Shown: positions 48,329-60,235, numbered from the stretch's first letter. The stretch: 64,000 bases of DNA from Candidatus Eiseniibacteriota bacterium (GCA_963823555.1 CAWGMA010000001.1:1120001-1184000), one strand, 5' to 3'. Numbers and translations are program-made. The notes: generated from the letters alone by a model not told the origin.

Positions 48329-50995
48329 ATGTCCACCTCCGGATCGATCAAGGGACAGAAACCGGAAGGGGCCTACGCCCCGGGGCCGATCGAATCGCGC
48401 TGGCTCAAGCACTGGCGCGAGCACGATCTCTTCCGCGCCGAGGCGGACTCCGGCCGTGAACCGTTCACGATCCTGATTCCGCCACCCAACGTCACCGGTA
48501 GCCTGCACATCGGGCACTGCCTCAACAACACGACGCAAGATGTCATCATCCGTTACCGGCGCATGCTCGGGCAGGAGGCTCTCTGGCTCCCAGGGACCGA
48601 TCACGCCGGGATCGCCACCCAGAACGTGGTCGAGAAGAAACTCCTTGCCTCCGGCAAGACACGCCACGATCTCGGGCGGGGGGCCTTCATTGCCGAGGTG
48701 TGGCGCTGGAAGGAAGAGCAGCACGACCGCATCCTGTCGCAGCTCGATGCCCTGGGTTGCTCATGTGACTGGTCGCGGGAACGATTCACGCTCGACCCGG
48801 GCCTGTCGCGCGCCGTGCGCAAGGTCTTTGTCGTCCTCTACGAGAAGGGCCTCATCTATCGCGGCGATTACATCGTCAACTGGTGCCCGCGCTGCCATAC
48901 CGCCCTCTCGGACGAGGAAGTGGAGCACGAGGAGACTCGAGGCACCCTGACCACGGTGCGCTATCCGCTCAAGTCGGGGGAAGGTGCGATCGCGGTGGCG
49001 ACCACGCGACCCGAGACCATGCTCGGCGATACCGCCGTCGCCATCCATCCCGAGGACGAGCGCTACCGGCACCTGGTGGGCCAGGTGGCGATCCTGCCCC
49101 TTCTCGGCCGTGAGCTTCCGATCGTCGCCGACGACCATGTCGATCCCGCCTTCGGCACCGGAGCGGTCAAGGTGACGCCGGCGCATGATCCCAATGACTT
49201 CCAGATCGCCGCTCGCCATGACCTGCCCGCGATCAAGGTGATGGACGGCGACGGCCGGATGAACGAGAACGCGGGGCCCTTCGCCGGACTCGACCGCTTC
49301 GAGGCGCGCAAGCGCATCGTGGCGGAGCTCACCGCTGCGGGTGCCATCGTCGAGGTCAAGGAGCACGGGCACACGATCGGGCACTGCCAGCGCTGCGCGA
49401 CGGTGATCGAACCCACCCTGTCGCGGCAGTGGTTCGTGCGCATGAAGCCGCTGGCCGAACCCGCGCTGGCGGCGGTTCTCGACGGACGGGTGGTCTTGAA
49501 GCCCGAGCGCTGGGTCGGTGTCTACCGGCACTGGATGGAGAACGTCCGCGACTGGTGCATTTCGCGGCAGCTGTGGTGGGGGCATCGTATCCCGGCCTGG
49601 ACCTGCGCTGCCTGCAGCCATCTGGTCGTGTCCGAGGAGGATCCGACGACCTGCCCGGCCTGCGGGGGGACTGCGCTCGAGCAGGACGAGGACGTCCTCG
49701 ATACCTGGTTCTCGTCGTGGCTGTGGCCCTTTTCCACCATGGGCTGGCCGGAGAAGACGCGCGACCTCGCCTCCTTCTATCCGACCCAGTTCCTCTCCAC
49801 CGGGCCCGACATCATCTTCTTCTGGGTGGCCCGCATGATCATGGCCGGGCTCGAGTTCATGGGTGAGGTGCCGTTCACCACCGTGAGCTTCCATGCCATC
49901 GTGCGCGACGGCCAGGGCCGCAAGATGTCCAAGTCGCTCGGCAATTCCCCCGATCCCCTGGCCATCATCGCCGAGAACGGCGCCGATGCGCTCCGCTTCA
50001 CGCTCATGTTCCTGGCTCCCACCGGCCAGGACCAGCTCCTGTTCGATGCGGCTCGCATCGAGACCGGGCGCGTGTTCGCCAACAAGCTGTGGAACGCCGC
50101 CAAGCTCGTGATCGGGAACCTGGACCAGGTCACGGCGGACACGCCGACCCCGGCGGCGAGCGACCTGACGCTGGCGGATCGCTGGATCTGGTCGCGCTTC
50201 GCCGCGGCACGGGACCAGGTGGACTCGGGACTCCGGGACTACCGGATCCAGGAAGCGGCCAAGGCGATCTACGACTTCTTCTGGCACGAGTACTGTGACT
50301 GGTACCTCGAGGTGATCAAGGTCCGCCTCTACGGGGAAGATCCCAGGGCGCGGAATACGGCGCGCCTGGTTGCGTACGAGGTGCTGGAGGCGAGCTTGCG
50401 GCTCCTCCATCCGATCATGCCGTTCCTGACCGAGGACCTCTGGCAGCGGTTGCCCCATCGCGGGCTCTCCATCGCGCGGGCACCATGGCCGGAGGCTCGG
50501 GCTCGCGACCTCGAGGCGGAGGCCGACATGGGGTTCCTGATGCAGGCCATCACCGCAGTCCGCACGATCCGCTCCGAGATGAACGTGCCTCCCGGTCGCG
50601 AGGCGGAGGTGATGGCCCATGCCGGCGGTCGCGAGGCGGCGCTGCTCGAGTCGGGCCGGGAACTCATGGCCACGCTGGCCCGGGCGCACATGGTCATCGA
50701 TCCCGCGGCGGCGCGTCCGCCTTTCGCCGCGGCGGCGGTGGTGGGGGATAGCGAGCTATTCGTGCCCTTGAAGGGGCTCATCGATCTCGACCTCGAGCGC
50801 CGCCGGCTCACCAAGGAGCTGGAGCGGGTCACGAAGGAGCATGCCAGCGCCGAGGCTCGCCTTGCCAATGAGCAGTTCCTGGCCCGGGCCCCGGCCGAGG
50901 TCGTGACGCGGGAGCGCGATCGGATGGGGGAGCTCTCGACGGTGAGCGCCAAGCTCCGGCGAACCCTGGCCGCGCTCGGGGAGACGCCGACGTGA
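48329..50995 (+). CDS. valS: Valine--tRNA ligase
   Basis: PPPNVTGSLHIGH, GTDHAGIATQ, WCISRQLWWGHRIP, KMSKS, C-terminal coiled coil. Confidence 0.98.
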   Translation: MSTSGSIKGQKPEGAYAPGPIESRWLKHWREHDLFRAEADSGREPFTILIPPPNVTGSLHIGHCLNNTTQDVIIRYRRMLGQEALWLPGTDHAGIATQNVVEKKLLASGKTRHDLGRGAFIAEVWRWKEEQHDRILSQLDALGCSCDWSRERFTLDPGLSRAVRKVFVVLYEKGLIYRGDYIVNWCPRCHTALSDEEVEHEETRGTLTTVRYPLKSGEGAIAVATTRPETMLGDTAVAIHPEDERYRHLVGQVAILPLLGRELPIVADDHVDPAFGTGAVKVTPAHDPNDFQIAARHDLPAIKVMDGDGRMNENAGPFAGLDRFEARKRIVAELTAAGAIVEVKEHGHTIGHCQRCATVIEPTLSRQWFVRMKPLAEPALAAVLDGRVVLKPERWVGVYRHWMENVRDWCISRQLWWGHRIPAWTCAACSHLVVSEEDPTTCPACGGTALEQDEDVLDTWFSSWLWPFSTMGWPEKTRDLASFYPTQFLSTGPDIIFFWVARMIMAGLEFMGEVPFTTVSFHAIVRDGQGRKMSKSLGNSPDPLAIIAENGADALRFTLMFLAPTGQDQLLFDAARIETGRVFANKLWNAAKLVIGNLDQVTADTPTPAASDLTLADRWIWSRFAAARDQVDSGLRDYRIQEAAKAIYDFFWHEYCDWYLEVIKVRLYGEDPRARNTARLVAYEVLEASLRLLHPIMPFLTEDLWQRLPHRGLSIARAPWPEARARDLEAEADMGFLMQAITAVRTIRSEMNVPPGREAEVMAHAGGREAALLESGRELMATLARAHMVIDPAAARPPFAAAAVVGDSELFVPLKGLIDLDLERRRLTKELERVTKEHASAEARLANEQFLARAPAEVVTRERDRMGELSTVSAKLRRTLAALGETPT

Positions 50996-51085
50996 GTAGA
51001 ACCAGCCCGAACGCCCTGGCTTCCGCTGGCCGATCGGGGATCAAGGCCGGCGCCGGTCCTCGAGACCGCGGCTGCCGGCCTGGAG

Positions 51086-52474
51086 GTGAGTGAGATGTTC
51101 TTCGCTGCTGTTTCGTTTTCCCCCATGCTCACGTTGGCTGGGGTGCTGCTGGCATCGACCATCCTGGGTGTCACGGCTGCCGGCGCGCGCGAGCTCGCGG
51201 TCACGGTCTACAACCAGGATCTGGGTGTGGTGCGCGACACGAGGATGGTCGAGGTCGAGAAGGGGTCATCGACGCTCAAGATCACCGATGTCGCGGCGCA
51301 GATCGATCCCACTTCGGTCCACCTCTCGGGTGACTTGAATGTCATCGAGCAGAACTACGCCTTCGATCTCGCCAGCGCGGAGAAGATCCTCCATCGCTAC
51401 CTGGGAGAGACCGTGGATGTGCTCGCCGAGGAAGGGCGGAGCTACCGTGGCACGCTGCTCGCCTACGACGCTCAGAACCTGGTGCTCGGCGGCTCCGGGA
51501 GTGGTGAGGAGGTGACCATCGTGGCCCGGGAGGGAGTCCACGATATCCGCTGTCCCTCGCTGCCGGCGGGACTCATCCTGAAGCCCACGCTCATCTGGAC
51601 CGTCGAGGGGGGCAAGAGCGGCGGCCACCAGGTCGAGCTCTCCTACATGACGAGCGGCATGAACTGGCATGCCGAGTATGTCGCGGTCGTCGCCGAGAAC
51701 GACAAGTCGATGGACCTCTCCGGCTGGGTCTCGATCGAGAACCGCTCCGGGGCGAGCTACCCCGATGCCAGGCTCAAGCTCGTGGCCGGCGACGTGCACC
51801 GGGCTCCGCAGCCCAGACCGATGTTCGGGGTCGAGGACGCCCGCATGGCGAAGGGGACGCTTGCCGGCGCGCCGCAGTTCGAGGAGCGTGCGCTCTTCGA
51901 GTACCACATCTACGTGCTCGAGCGGACCTCGACGATCGCCGACCAGGAGATCAAGCAGATCTCGCTGTTCGCCCCGGCCCGGGCCCAGGTGACCAAGACC
52001 TACGAGTTCGACGGCCTGTGGGGTGGGGAGGATGTCAAGGTGACGCTCGAGACCGAGAACAAGGAGGCGACCGGACTCGGCATGCCGCTCCCGGCCGGGA
52101 CGGTGCGCGCCTTCAAGGCGGACCAGGACGGCCGGCTCGAGTTCGTGGGCGAGGATCGCATCGATCACACGCCGCGCGGCGAGAAGGTGAAGATCCGGAT
52201 GGGGAACGCGTTCGACATCAAGGCCGAACGCACGGTCATGGACCAGCGCCGCATCTCTGATCGCGTGTACGAGGAGACCGTCGAGGTGAAGGTGCGGAAC
52301 CGGAAGCAAGAGCCGGTCGAGGTCGTGATCGTCGAACACCCGCGCGGGACCTGGGAGATCCTCGACTCGACCCACCCCTACGAGAAGAAGGAAGCGTTCA
52401 AGGTCGAGTTCAAGGTCAAGGCGGCGCCCGACGAGGAGGCGGTCCTCCGATACACGGTGCGGGTGCGGACCTAG
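51086..52474 (+). CDS. Secreted DUF4139/DUF4140 domain protein
   Basis: Signal peptide, [51 protein letters not shown]. Confidence 0.8.
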   Translation: MSEMFFAAVSFSPMLTLAGVLLASTILGVTAAGARELAVTVYNQDLGVVRDTRMVEVEKGSSTLKITDVAAQIDPTSVHLSGDLNVIEQNYAFDLASAEKILHRYLGETVDVLAEEGRSYRGTLLAYDAQNLVLGGSGSGEEVTIVAREGVHDIRCPSLPAGLILKPTLIWTVEGGKSGGHQVELSYMTSGMNWHAEYVAVVAENDKSMDLSGWVSIENRSGASYPDARLKLVAGDVHRAPQPRPMFGVEDARMAKGTLAGAPQFEERALFEYHIYVLERTSTIADQEIKQISLFAPARAQVTKTYEFDGLWGGEDVKVTLETENKEATGLGMPLPAGTVRAFKADQDGRLEFVGEDRIDHTPRGEKVKIRMGNAFDIKAERTVMDQRRISDRVYEETVEVKVRNRKQEPVEVVIVEHPRGTWEILDSTHPYEKKEAFKVEFKVKAAPDEEAVLRYTVRVRT

Positions 52475-52497
52475 CGCTCTCGCCTGCTGAGCTGGAA

Positions 52498-54501
52498 ATG
52501 AGCCAGAGGGAGCGAGCCGAGTTCAAGCTCAAGGCCGATTACGTGCCCGAGGGGGATCAGCCGCAGGCGATCCGCGAGCTCACGGAGGGGATCGAGCGCG
52601 GCGACACGGCGCAGGTCCTCCTCGGGGTCACCGGTTCGGGGAAGACCTTCACCATCGCCAATGTGATCCAGGCGGTGGGGCGGCCGACGCTCGTCATCTC
52701 TCACAACAAGACCCTGGCAGCCCAGCTCTACGGGGAGTTCAAGAGCTTCTTTCCCGAGAACGCGGTCGGGTACTTCGTCTCGTACTACGACTACTACCAG
52801 CCCGAGGCCTATGTCCCGGCCACCAACACCTACATCGAGAAGGATGCCTCGATCAACGACGACATCGATCGGTTGCGCCTGCAGGCGACGAGCGCTCTTC
52901 TCGAGCGCGACGATGTCATCATCGTGGCTTCAGTCTCCTGCATCTACGGCCTGGGGAATCCCAGCGAGTTCAAGGGCCTCCGGCTCGATCTCAGGAACGG
53001 CCAGACCTACGAGCGCGATGAGATCCTGCACACGCTCGTGGACCTCCAGTACACGCGGAACGACATCGACTGGCGGCGCAGCACGTTCCGGGTCCGCGGT
53101 GACGTGGTGGAGATCCGGCCGGCCTACGAGGAGCATGGGGTACGAATCGAGCTCTTCGGGGAAACGGTCGATCGCATCTCGATCATCGATCCCCTGACCG
53201 GGAAGACGCTCCGCCGCCTCGATCGGCTGGCGATCTACCCGGCCAAGCACTTCGTCACCTCCGGGGAGCGCCTGACCCATGCCATCACCGCCATCGAGGA
53301 CGAACTCGATGAGCGCCTGGGCTTCTTCCAGCGGGAGGGGAAGCTCCTCGAGGCGCAGCGGTTGCGCACGCGCACCAACTACGATCTCGAGATGCTGCGC
53401 GAGATCGGTTACTGCCCAGGAATCGAGAACTACGCCCGCCACCTCTCGGGCCGCGCGGCCGGCGATCGCCCGAGCTGCCTCATCGACTACTTTCCACCTG
53501 ACTTCCTCCTCGTCATCGACGAGTCCCACGTCACGGTGCCGCAGATCGGGGGCATGTTCGAGGGGGACCAATCGCGAAAGCGCACGCTCGTCGAGCATGG
53601 TTTCCGATTGCCGTCGGCCCTCGACAACCGCCCGCTGCGTTTCACCGAGTTCACCGCTCTCGTCGGGCAGCGGATCTATGTCTCGGCCACTCCAAGAGAC
53701 TACGAGCTCATGGATGCAGGTGGCGTCGTGGTCGAGCAGCTGATCCGCCCCACGGGTCTCGTCGATCCCGTGATCGACGTGCGTCCGGTTGAGGGCCAGG
53801 TGGACGACCTCCTGGCCGAGATCCGGAAGCGCGTCGAGCGCCGGGAGCGAGTCCTGGTCACCACGCTCACCAAGCGCATGGCCGAGGATTTGACCGACTA
53901 CCTGGGCGAGATGGGAGTCCGGGTGCGCTACCTCCATTCGGATATCGATGCCATCGAGCGGGTCGAGATCCTGAGGGGTTTGCGTCTCGCGGAATTCGAT
54001 GTCCTCGTCGGCATCAACCTCCTGCGCGAGGGGCTCGATCTCCCCGAGGTGAGCCTGGTCGCCGTGCTCGATGCCGACAAGGAAGGGTTCCTGCGTTCGG
54101 AGACCTCGCTCATCCAGACCGCGGGCCGCGCCGCCCGTAATGTCGGCGGATCGGTCATTCTCTATGCCGATACCGTGACCGGATCGATCGAGCGGGCGGT
54201 CGGCGAGACCAACCGCCGGCGCGCCAAGCAGCTCTCCTGGAACCAGGAGCACGGCATCACCCCGCGCTCGATCCTCAAATCGGTGGAGCAGGTCCGGCTC
54301 ACGACTCGCGTCGCCGACGCGCCGGCGGCCTTTGCCGAGGAGCCCGAGTTCCTGCCGCCCGAGAAGATCGGCCAGCTCACGCGCGAGGAGCTGATCCGCG
54401 AGCTCGAGCGCGAGATGCTGGCCTGCGCCGCCCGCCTCGAGTTCGAGCAGGCGGCGAGCCTCAGGGATCGGATCGAGGAGCTGGAATCCCGCGGGAGCTA
54501 G
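52498..54501 (+). CDS. uvrB: Excinuclease ABC subunit UvrB
   Basis: [41 protein letters not shown]-terminal UVR domain. Confidence 0.99.
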   Translation: MSQRERAEFKLKADYVPEGDQPQAIRELTEGIERGDTAQVLLGVTGSGKTFTIANVIQAVGRPTLVISHNKTLAAQLYGEFKSFFPENAVGYFVSYYDYYQPEAYVPATNTYIEKDASINDDIDRLRLQATSALLERDDVIIVASVSCIYGLGNPSEFKGLRLDLRNGQTYERDEILHTLVDLQYTRNDIDWRRSTFRVRGDVVEIRPAYEEHGVRIELFGETVDRISIIDPLTGKTLRRLDRLAIYPAKHFVTSGERLTHAITAIEDELDERLGFFQREGKLLEAQRLRTRTNYDLEMLREIGYCPGIENYARHLSGRAAGDRPSCLIDYFPPDFLLVIDESHVTVPQIGGMFEGDQSRKRTLVEHGFRLPSALDNRPLRFTEFTALVGQRIYVSATPRDYELMDAGGVVVEQLIRPTGLVDPVIDVRPVEGQVDDLLAEIRKRVERRERVLVTTLTKRMAEDLTDYLGEMGVRVRYLHSDIDAIERVEILRGLRLAEFDVLVGINLLREGLDLPEVSLVAVLDADKEGFLRSETSLIQTAGRAARNVGGSVILYADTVTGSIERAVGETNRRRAKQLSWNQEHGITPRSILKSVEQVRLTTRVADAPAAFAEEPEFLPPEKIGQLTREELIRELEREMLACAARLEFEQAASLRDRIEELESRGS

Positions 54502-54505
54502 CGCG

Positions 54506-57500
54506 TCAGCTCGACACTCCCTTCAGGTTGTCGCCAGGGACGCGATCGATGAGGAGATGACGGGGGTCGATGCCGGCGCTCGACGGCTCCTCATCGACCG
54601 TGATCAGGATCTCGCCGGTGCCGGATGCCAGCTGATGCCGCTCGAGGTGGAGTGGGCGCTCCCTCCGGTCCCCATCCCCGCCGGCGCCGTAGATGCCCAC
54701 CTCGATCCAGTCCCGGTGGTCGATCTCGGTCTCGACCCCGCGGCCGTCGGCCCGCAGCTTGTGCGATTGGTAGGCGATCCGGACCGCGTAACGCCCATCC
54801 GCGGTCCGCTCCACCGTCGCCTTCTCGGTGCGGTTGTCATAGAGGGTGATGGTGTGGAAGAGATCCGTGATGAGGTAGCGGTATTCCTCCGGGGTCGCCG
54901 CCCGCAGTCGGTCCACGAGCTCCGGCGATGTGGCATAGGGTGGCCCTTGGAAGGCGTTCGCTGCGACGAAATCACGGAGGACCGTATTCAGTGCCTCCTC
55001 GCCGATGTAGGTGCGGAGCGCATAGAAGGCGAGGCTGCCCTTGTTGTAGTAGACATAAGGCTGGTTCTCGACCTGCATGAGCGGGAGCTCCTCGTCCCGC
55101 TCCCGGCCCCGGCCCTCGAGGTACCGCTTGAGCTCGTAGGCCAGGAACTGACGCATCTCGTCCCGGCCGTAGTCTTTCTCCATCACCATGAGCGCGCTGT
55201 ATTGAGCCAGGCTCTCGGCGATCATCTGCCCGCCCTGGGCGTGGGCCGGCGTGACCTGGTGGCCCCACCACTGATGGGCGACCTCGTGCGCGGTCAGATA
55301 GAACACCATGTCGATGTTCTTGTCGGAGCGCAGGTCCTCGATGAAGTGGGCGCCTTCGGAGAACGGCACCGTATTGGGGAACGACTGCGCGAAGCGGCGG
55401 TAGCGCGGGAACTCGATGATCCGCATCTGGCGGTGCTGGTAAGGGCCGAAGTTCTCGCTGCAGTAGGCGAGGGTCTTCTTGATGGCCTCGCTCATCCGCT
55501 CGATGTTGTAGCCGTGATCCGGGTGGTGGTAGATCTCGATGGCGACGTCGCCCCAGCGATCCCTCGCCACGGCGTAGCGGCCGGAGAGGAAGGCGTAGAA
55601 GTTATCGATGGGGGCGTCCATCGCGTACTCGAAGCGGCGGCGTCCGGACTCGATCCGCTCTCCCTCGAGATACCCGGGGGCAATGGCGATCTGGTCGCGA
55701 CGGGTGCTGATGGCGGCCGCGAAACGAATCCAGTCCGCATCCGGGGTGAAGAGACTCCGATTGCGGGCAGTCGCGTCGTCGGGAGCCGGCAAGTGGCGGC
55801 TGGGTTCGAGCCCGCGCTTCTTCCGTTCCTTGGTTTCCTCGAGCTCCGCCTCGGAGTCATAGCCGATACGCGGTACGGTGCGGAAGTTGTCGAAGAAGGT
55901 GCCGTTCGCCACGAGCTCGGTGTTGGGATCGTTGTTGACGAAGCCCCGGATCCTCCCGCTCACGGTGAATGCGAGCGGCATCGAATCGCCTGGAGCGAGA
56001 GCGGGCGTGAGCCGGTAGATCCGGTAGCCGATCTCCTCGTCGCCCAGCTCCAGGCTCTCCGCCGGGAGGGCCGGATAGCGCGCTTCGAGATCGGGGTCCG
56101 CGCGCAGGTGAAGCCGGTCGATACTTGCTGTCGAGCGGTTGACCAGGGTGTAGGAGCCGGCGATCTCAACCCCGCGCTCCTCGGGGCGGAGGGCAACCTC
56201 GATGCTGGCCGCGGTCAGGCGCGGCTGGGGGATGCCCTCGTACTGCTTGTAACGCTCCTCATAGGCTGCCTTGAGACGATCTCGTTCCTTCTTCGGGCGG
56301 TAGGGATTGAGGACGTTGGTGTTCGTGAAGATCCAGCTGCCGACGAGGAGGAACCCGAGACCGCATGCGGTGAGCGCCGCCGTGCGCCGGTGGGTCCAGA
56401 ACTTCGCGGCGCGCTTCTTCCAGAGCGGCTGCAGCTGACTCCCGCGCGGCCAGAAGGCGTCGGCGAGAATGATCAGGCCGGTGGCCAGGAAGGCCCAGTA
56501 GATGTTGAACCAGGTGAGCGGCGCCACATAGTGGCCATAGCCGTTCATGTCCGAGTAGATGAAGCTGGGCGTCGTCCGATAGAGATACAGATGATGCTCG
56601 TAGCCGGCATCGGGGAGGAAGTCGTTGGCCAGGAAGTAGACGAGCATGACCAGGAATCCCAGGTAGCGCTGCCGGCAGGCCACCTGGACGAAGAGGGCGA
56701 GGGCGGCCAGCAGGAGCCAGTTGGGAAATGAAATGAGGAAGAGTCCCTTCAGGTAGAGGGCGGGTTCGATCCGGAAGTAACCATGGAGGAGCTGCCAGAT
56801 CACGGTGGTGGCCATCCCGATCGCCAGGGAGACCAGGATGACCATCGCCAGGGCGGCGAGCTTGGCTCCGAGCGGGAGCCAGTTCGGTGTCGGGAGCGCG
56901 TCATGGAGCTCATGGATTCGCTGCCGGCGCTCCCGCCACACGAGCTCGGCGGCATAGAGCACGACGACGATGAGGATGAAGAGGTCATAACCACCGCTGA
57001 TATGGCTCAGCATGCGCTGCGTGACTGGATAAGTGCGGGCGGCATCGACGTTGGGGATGAGATTGCCGAGGAGATTGAGCACCGCGAAGATGATGAGCAC
57101 CAGGAAGGGCAGGCTCTTGAGGATCCCCATGGTCTCCACTCGGGTCTGCCACAGCCACTGCCTGGCGCGCGCTCCCCGATCGAAGCGCGGGGTCAGGGAG
57201 CGGGACGCGTCATCCGGGGGCCGAGCGCCAGGCGATCGCGAAGCGTGCGTCTCGGCCGCCTGATCCGCGCCAGGGCGAGCGCGGCGTTTCGTCCCGTCGA
57301 GCGTCAGGCGATGACGCCACCCCGTGATCGCCACGAGCGCGAGCGCCACCAGGATCCAGACCAGGCGGTTCAGGAGCAAGGGGCCCGCGAGCGGAAGGAT
57401 GAGCGTGTTGCGCTCGGACACGGTCCAGTAGCGGGTGAGGAGATCGAAGGCGCTGCGGCCGAAGGGGTCGACGAGGATGGCCAGGGACTCGCGGTCGAGG

Positions 57501-58093
57501 TCGCCGAGGAAGGCTTGCGAGAAGGCCCAGAGCATCATGAGGCCGATCATGGCCACGTAGGTGACGAGGGCCCGGCGCGTGAGGACGGCGATCGAGAAGA
57601 AGATGGCGCCGGCCAGGAGCATGTTGGGCACAACGAAGACCGCCATGGCGTGCAGGTAGGGGCGAAGCTGGAACGGCAGGATGGCGTCTGGATCCTGCCA
57701 CGGCATGTAACTCGCGAGGACGATGCCGAGGATGGCTCCGCCGGTCGTGAGGACGGCCAGGAGCACGGACGCGAGGTAGCGGCCGGCCAGAAAGGGCCCC
57801 TTGCTGAGCGGGGTGGTGAAGAACAGCTCCTGCATTCCCAGTTCCCGGTCGCGGATGACCACAGAGGCCATGAGGATGGTGACGATGATCATCCCGACCA
57901 TGCCCATGTCGATGAGCAATCGCGTGATGATGTAAGGCGAGTTGCGGGCCACGTTGCCCATCGCGCCGCCGATCTGGACCGAATCGGTGGACACGGCCAT
58001 GAAGGTCATGAAGCAGGACAGAGCGGCGAAGACATAGACCGCCGGTTGCCGCAGGCGGTAGCCCAGCTCGAAGCGAAAGACCTCGGCGAGCAT
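54506..58093 (-). CDS. ABC-2-type permease / M1 family aminopeptidase fusion
   Basis: Two multi-TM halves then a large soluble domain with FAQSF, HEVAHQWWG (HEXXH), ESLAQY and YYNKG. Confidence 0.9.
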   Translation of the reverse strand: MLAEVFRFELGYRLRQPAVYVFAALSCFMTFMAVSTDSVQIGGAMGNVARNSPYIITRLLIDMGMVGMIIVTILMASVVIRDRELGMQELFFTTPLSKGPFLAGRYLASVLLAVLTTGGAILGIVLASYMPWQDPDAILPFQLRPYLHAMAVFVVPNMLLAGAIFFSIAVLTRRALVTYVAMIGLMMLWAFSQAFLGDLDRESLAILVDPFGRSAFDLLTRYWTVSERNTLILPLAGPLLLNRLVWILVALALVAITGWRHRLTLDGTKRRARPGADQAAETHASRSPGARPPDDASRSLTPRFDRGARARQWLWQTRVETMGILKSLPFLVLIIFAVLNLLGNLIPNVDAARTYPVTQRMLSHISGGYDLFILIVVVLYAAELVWRERRQRIHELHDALPTPNWLPLGAKLAALAMVILVSLAIGMATTVIWQLLHGYFRIEPALYLKGLFLISFPNWLLLAALALFVQVACRQRYLGFLVMLVYFLANDFLPDAGYEHHLYLYRTTPSFIYSDMNGYGHYVAPLTWFNIYWAFLATGLIILADAFWPRGSQLQPLWKKRAAKFWTHRRTAALTACGLGFLLVGSWIFTNTNVLNPYRPKKERDRLKAAYEERYKQYEGIPQPRLTAASIEVALRPEERGVEIAGSYTLVNRSTASIDRLHLRADPDLEARYPALPAESLELGDEEIGYRIYRLTPALAPGDSMPLAFTVSGRIRGFVNNDPNTELVANGTFFDNFRTVPRIGYDSEAELEETKERKKRGLEPSRHLPAPDDATARNRSLFTPDADWIRFAAAISTRRDQIAIAPGYLEGERIESGRRRFEYAMDAPIDNFYAFLSGRYAVARDRWGDVAIEIYHHPDHGYNIERMSEAIKKTLAYCSENFGPYQHRQMRIIEFPRYRRFAQSFPNTVPFSEGAHFIEDLRSDKNIDMVFYLTAHEVAHQWWGHQVTPAHAQGGQMIAESLAQYSALMVMEKDYGRDEMRQFLAYELKRYLEGRGRERDEELPLMQVENQPYVYYNKGSLAFYALRTYIGEEALNTVLRDFVAANAFQGPPYATSPELVDRLRAATPEEYRYLITDLFHTITLYDNRTEKATVERTADGRYAVRIAYQSHKLRADGRGVETEIDHRDWIEVGIYGAGGDGDRRERPLHLERHQLASGTGEILITVDEEPSSAGIDPRHLLIDRVPGDNLKGVSS

Positions 58094-58097
58094 GGGA

Positions 58098-58976
58098 TCA
58101 CCTCTCCCCGGCGGCGCCGAGGGCGCGGAAGTAGACGTCACGGAGATCGGGGTGAACGGGCTCGAAGCCCGGCTCCGGGGGGGCGTCGCCATAGACGTGG
58201 ACCACGGTCCTGCCGGCGGTCAGCCGGGTCGAGATCACCTCGTGGCGCTGTCGGGTTGCGGCAAGCTCGGATCGCTCGATGGTCCTCCGCCAGGTCTTCT
58301 GGCGCATGGCAGCGATCGCTTCCTGGGGATCACCCGTCATCAGCACGCGCCCGCGATCGATGATCGCCATCCGGCGACACACCTGGCTCACGTCGTCCAC
58401 GATATGGGTGGAGAGGATGACGATGACGTTCTCGCCGATCTCGCTCAGTAGATCGAGAAAGCGCATGCGCTCCTCCGGGTCGAGGCCGGCCGTCGGCTCA
58501 TCGACGATGATGAGCCGAGGATTGCCCAGGAGAGCCTGGGCGATGCCGAAGCGCTGCCGCATGCCGCCGGAGAACTCACCGAGGTTCTTCCGGCGGACCG
58601 CCCACAGATTGGTCTGCTCGAGCAGTTGATCGACGGCGTCGCGTCGCGCAGCGGCGTTCACCAGGCCCTTGAGCACGGCGAAGTGGTGAAGGAGGACTTC
58701 AGCCTTGATGTGGGGATAGAGACCGAAATCCTGGGGCAGATAGCCGAGCACGCGACGTACGGCGTCCTTCTCCCGGAGAACGTCCGTCGTACCGAGGTGG
58801 ATCGTCCCGCTGTCGACCTCCTGCAGCGTGGCGATCGAGCGCATCAAGGTCGTCTTGCCGGCGCCGTTGGGCCCGAGCAGGCCGAACATCCCCGTGGGCA
58901 CGGTCAGGGTCAGATCGTCGAGGGCGGTGACGCCGCCGGGATAGGTCTTCGTGACATTGCGAATCGTGAGCTCCAT
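58098..58976 (-). CDS. ABC transporter ATP-binding protein
   Basis: GPNGAGKT, FSGGMRQR, IIVDEPT, STH. Confidence 0.95.
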   Translation of the reverse strand: MELTIRNVTKTYPGGVTALDDLTLTVPTGMFGLLGPNGAGKTTLMRSIATLQEVDSGTIHLGTTDVLREKDAVRRVLGYLPQDFGLYPHIKAEVLLHHFAVLKGLVNAAARRDAVDQLLEQTNLWAVRRKNLGEFSGGMRQRFGIAQALLGNPRLIIVDEPTAGLDPEERMRFLDLLSEIGENVIVILSTHIVDDVSQVCRRMAIIDRGRVLMTGDPQEAIAAMRQKTWRRTIERSELAATRQRHEVISTRLTAGRTVVHVYGDAPPEPGFEPVHPDLRDVYFRALGAAGER

Positions 58977-59298
58977 CCTGCCTCCTCGAGCTTCCCCGGC
59001 TGTGGTGCCGGGATCCGGCTCCATGGGCATAGACCGCCGGCGGCGCCGGGTTGTTTCCGCAAAATGGTGTGTGGGAGAGGCGTGCCGCAAGGTCGCACTC
59101 CCGTTGACACGCGATCTCGTGACGTGCCACGCTCCTTGCTCGCCGCGCCCGAGGTTTCGGAGCGCAGCATCCCGATACTTCCAGGCCCGTGTTCCCGGCG
59201 GTGACTCCTGCGTGCTCGATGCGACGCCCACGCCGGGGCGAGCCGATGATGGGCGGCCCGCTTCGCGGCCGCTCCGCCGGCGGGCGGAGGATTGACAC

Positions 59299-60183
59299 GT
59301 GAAGCTCGAGACCATTGCTCAGCCGATCGTCCGCCTCGCGCTCGCCGAGGACCTCGGGTCGGGAGATGTCACCACTCAGAGTCTGGTGTCGCCCACGGCC
59401 CGGGCCCGAGCCCACATCGAAGCGCGTCAACCTGGCGTGCTGGCCGGGCTCGATGTGGCGCGGCTCGCATTCCGGGAACTCGATCCAGCTGCCGTGTTCC
59501 GGTTTGCCGTGCGCGACGGGGCGCACCTGCTTGCCGGGCAATCGGTGGGCAGCATCGAGGCCAAGGCGCGCGCCATCCTCTCCGGGGAGCGCGTGGCCCT
59601 CAATCTGTTGCAGCATCTCTCGGGGATCGCCACCCTCACCGCGCGCTTCGTCGCCGCCCTCGATGGGACGCCGGTCAAGGTGCGCGACACACGCAAGACA
59701 CTGCCCGGGCTCCGGGTGCTCGAGAAGTACGCCGTTCTCGTCGGCGGCGGGCTGAACCACCGCTTTGGTCTCTTCGACATGGTGCTGATCAAGGACAACC
59801 ATCTACCGGCGGTGGGATCGATCACCGGCGCCGTGCGCGCTGTTCGGCGCGCCCATCCGGATCTCGAGATCCAGGTCGAGGTGCGCAACGCCGACGAGGC
59901 CGAAGAGGCGGTGCGGGCCGGGGTGAATCAGATTCTCCTCGACAACATGGATCCCGCCGGGATCCAGGCCGCCCTCGAGCGCATCGATGTGCACCCCGAT
60001 TCCCCCGGCGAGCCCGGGGCTCCGGGTCGACCCTGGATCGAGGTCTCGGGTGGGGTCCGACTCGAGACGGTGCGATCGCTCGCCCTTCCCGGCGTCGATT
60101 CGGTGGCGATCGGCGCCATCACTCACTCCGCCCCGGCCCTGGATCTGGCTCTGGTGGTCGATGCGATCGAGGACTTCGCCTGA
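59299..60183 (+). CDS. nadC: Quinolinate phosphoribosyltransferase
   Basis: ALAEDLGSGDVT, ERVALN, DTRKTLPG, HRFGL, IKDNH, EV, LLDN, SGG. Confidence 0.96.
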   Translation: MKLETIAQPIVRLALAEDLGSGDVTTQSLVSPTARARAHIEARQPGVLAGLDVARLAFRELDPAAVFRFAVRDGAHLLAGQSVGSIEAKARAILSGERVALNLLQHLSGIATLTARFVAALDGTPVKVRDTRKTLPGLRVLEKYAVLVGGGLNHRFGLFDMVLIKDNHLPAVGSITGAVRAVRRAHPDLEIQVEVRNADEAEEAVRAGVNQILLDNMDPAGIQAALERIDVHPDSPGEPGAPGRPWIEVSGGVRLETVRSLALPGVDSVAIGAITHSAPALDLALVVDAIEDFA

Positions 60184-60235
60184 CGCCGCCTCGCGATGGC
60201 CTCCTGGCAGCGCGACCAAGGGAGATGGGGTCGGG

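Noticed and set aside
58977..59298. NAD riboswitch upstream of nadC, and a sigma54-like TGCCACGCTCCTTGCT at 59125-59140
   Set aside because: No recognisable nadA-motif features, and the sigma54-like site lacks the invariant GG at -24.
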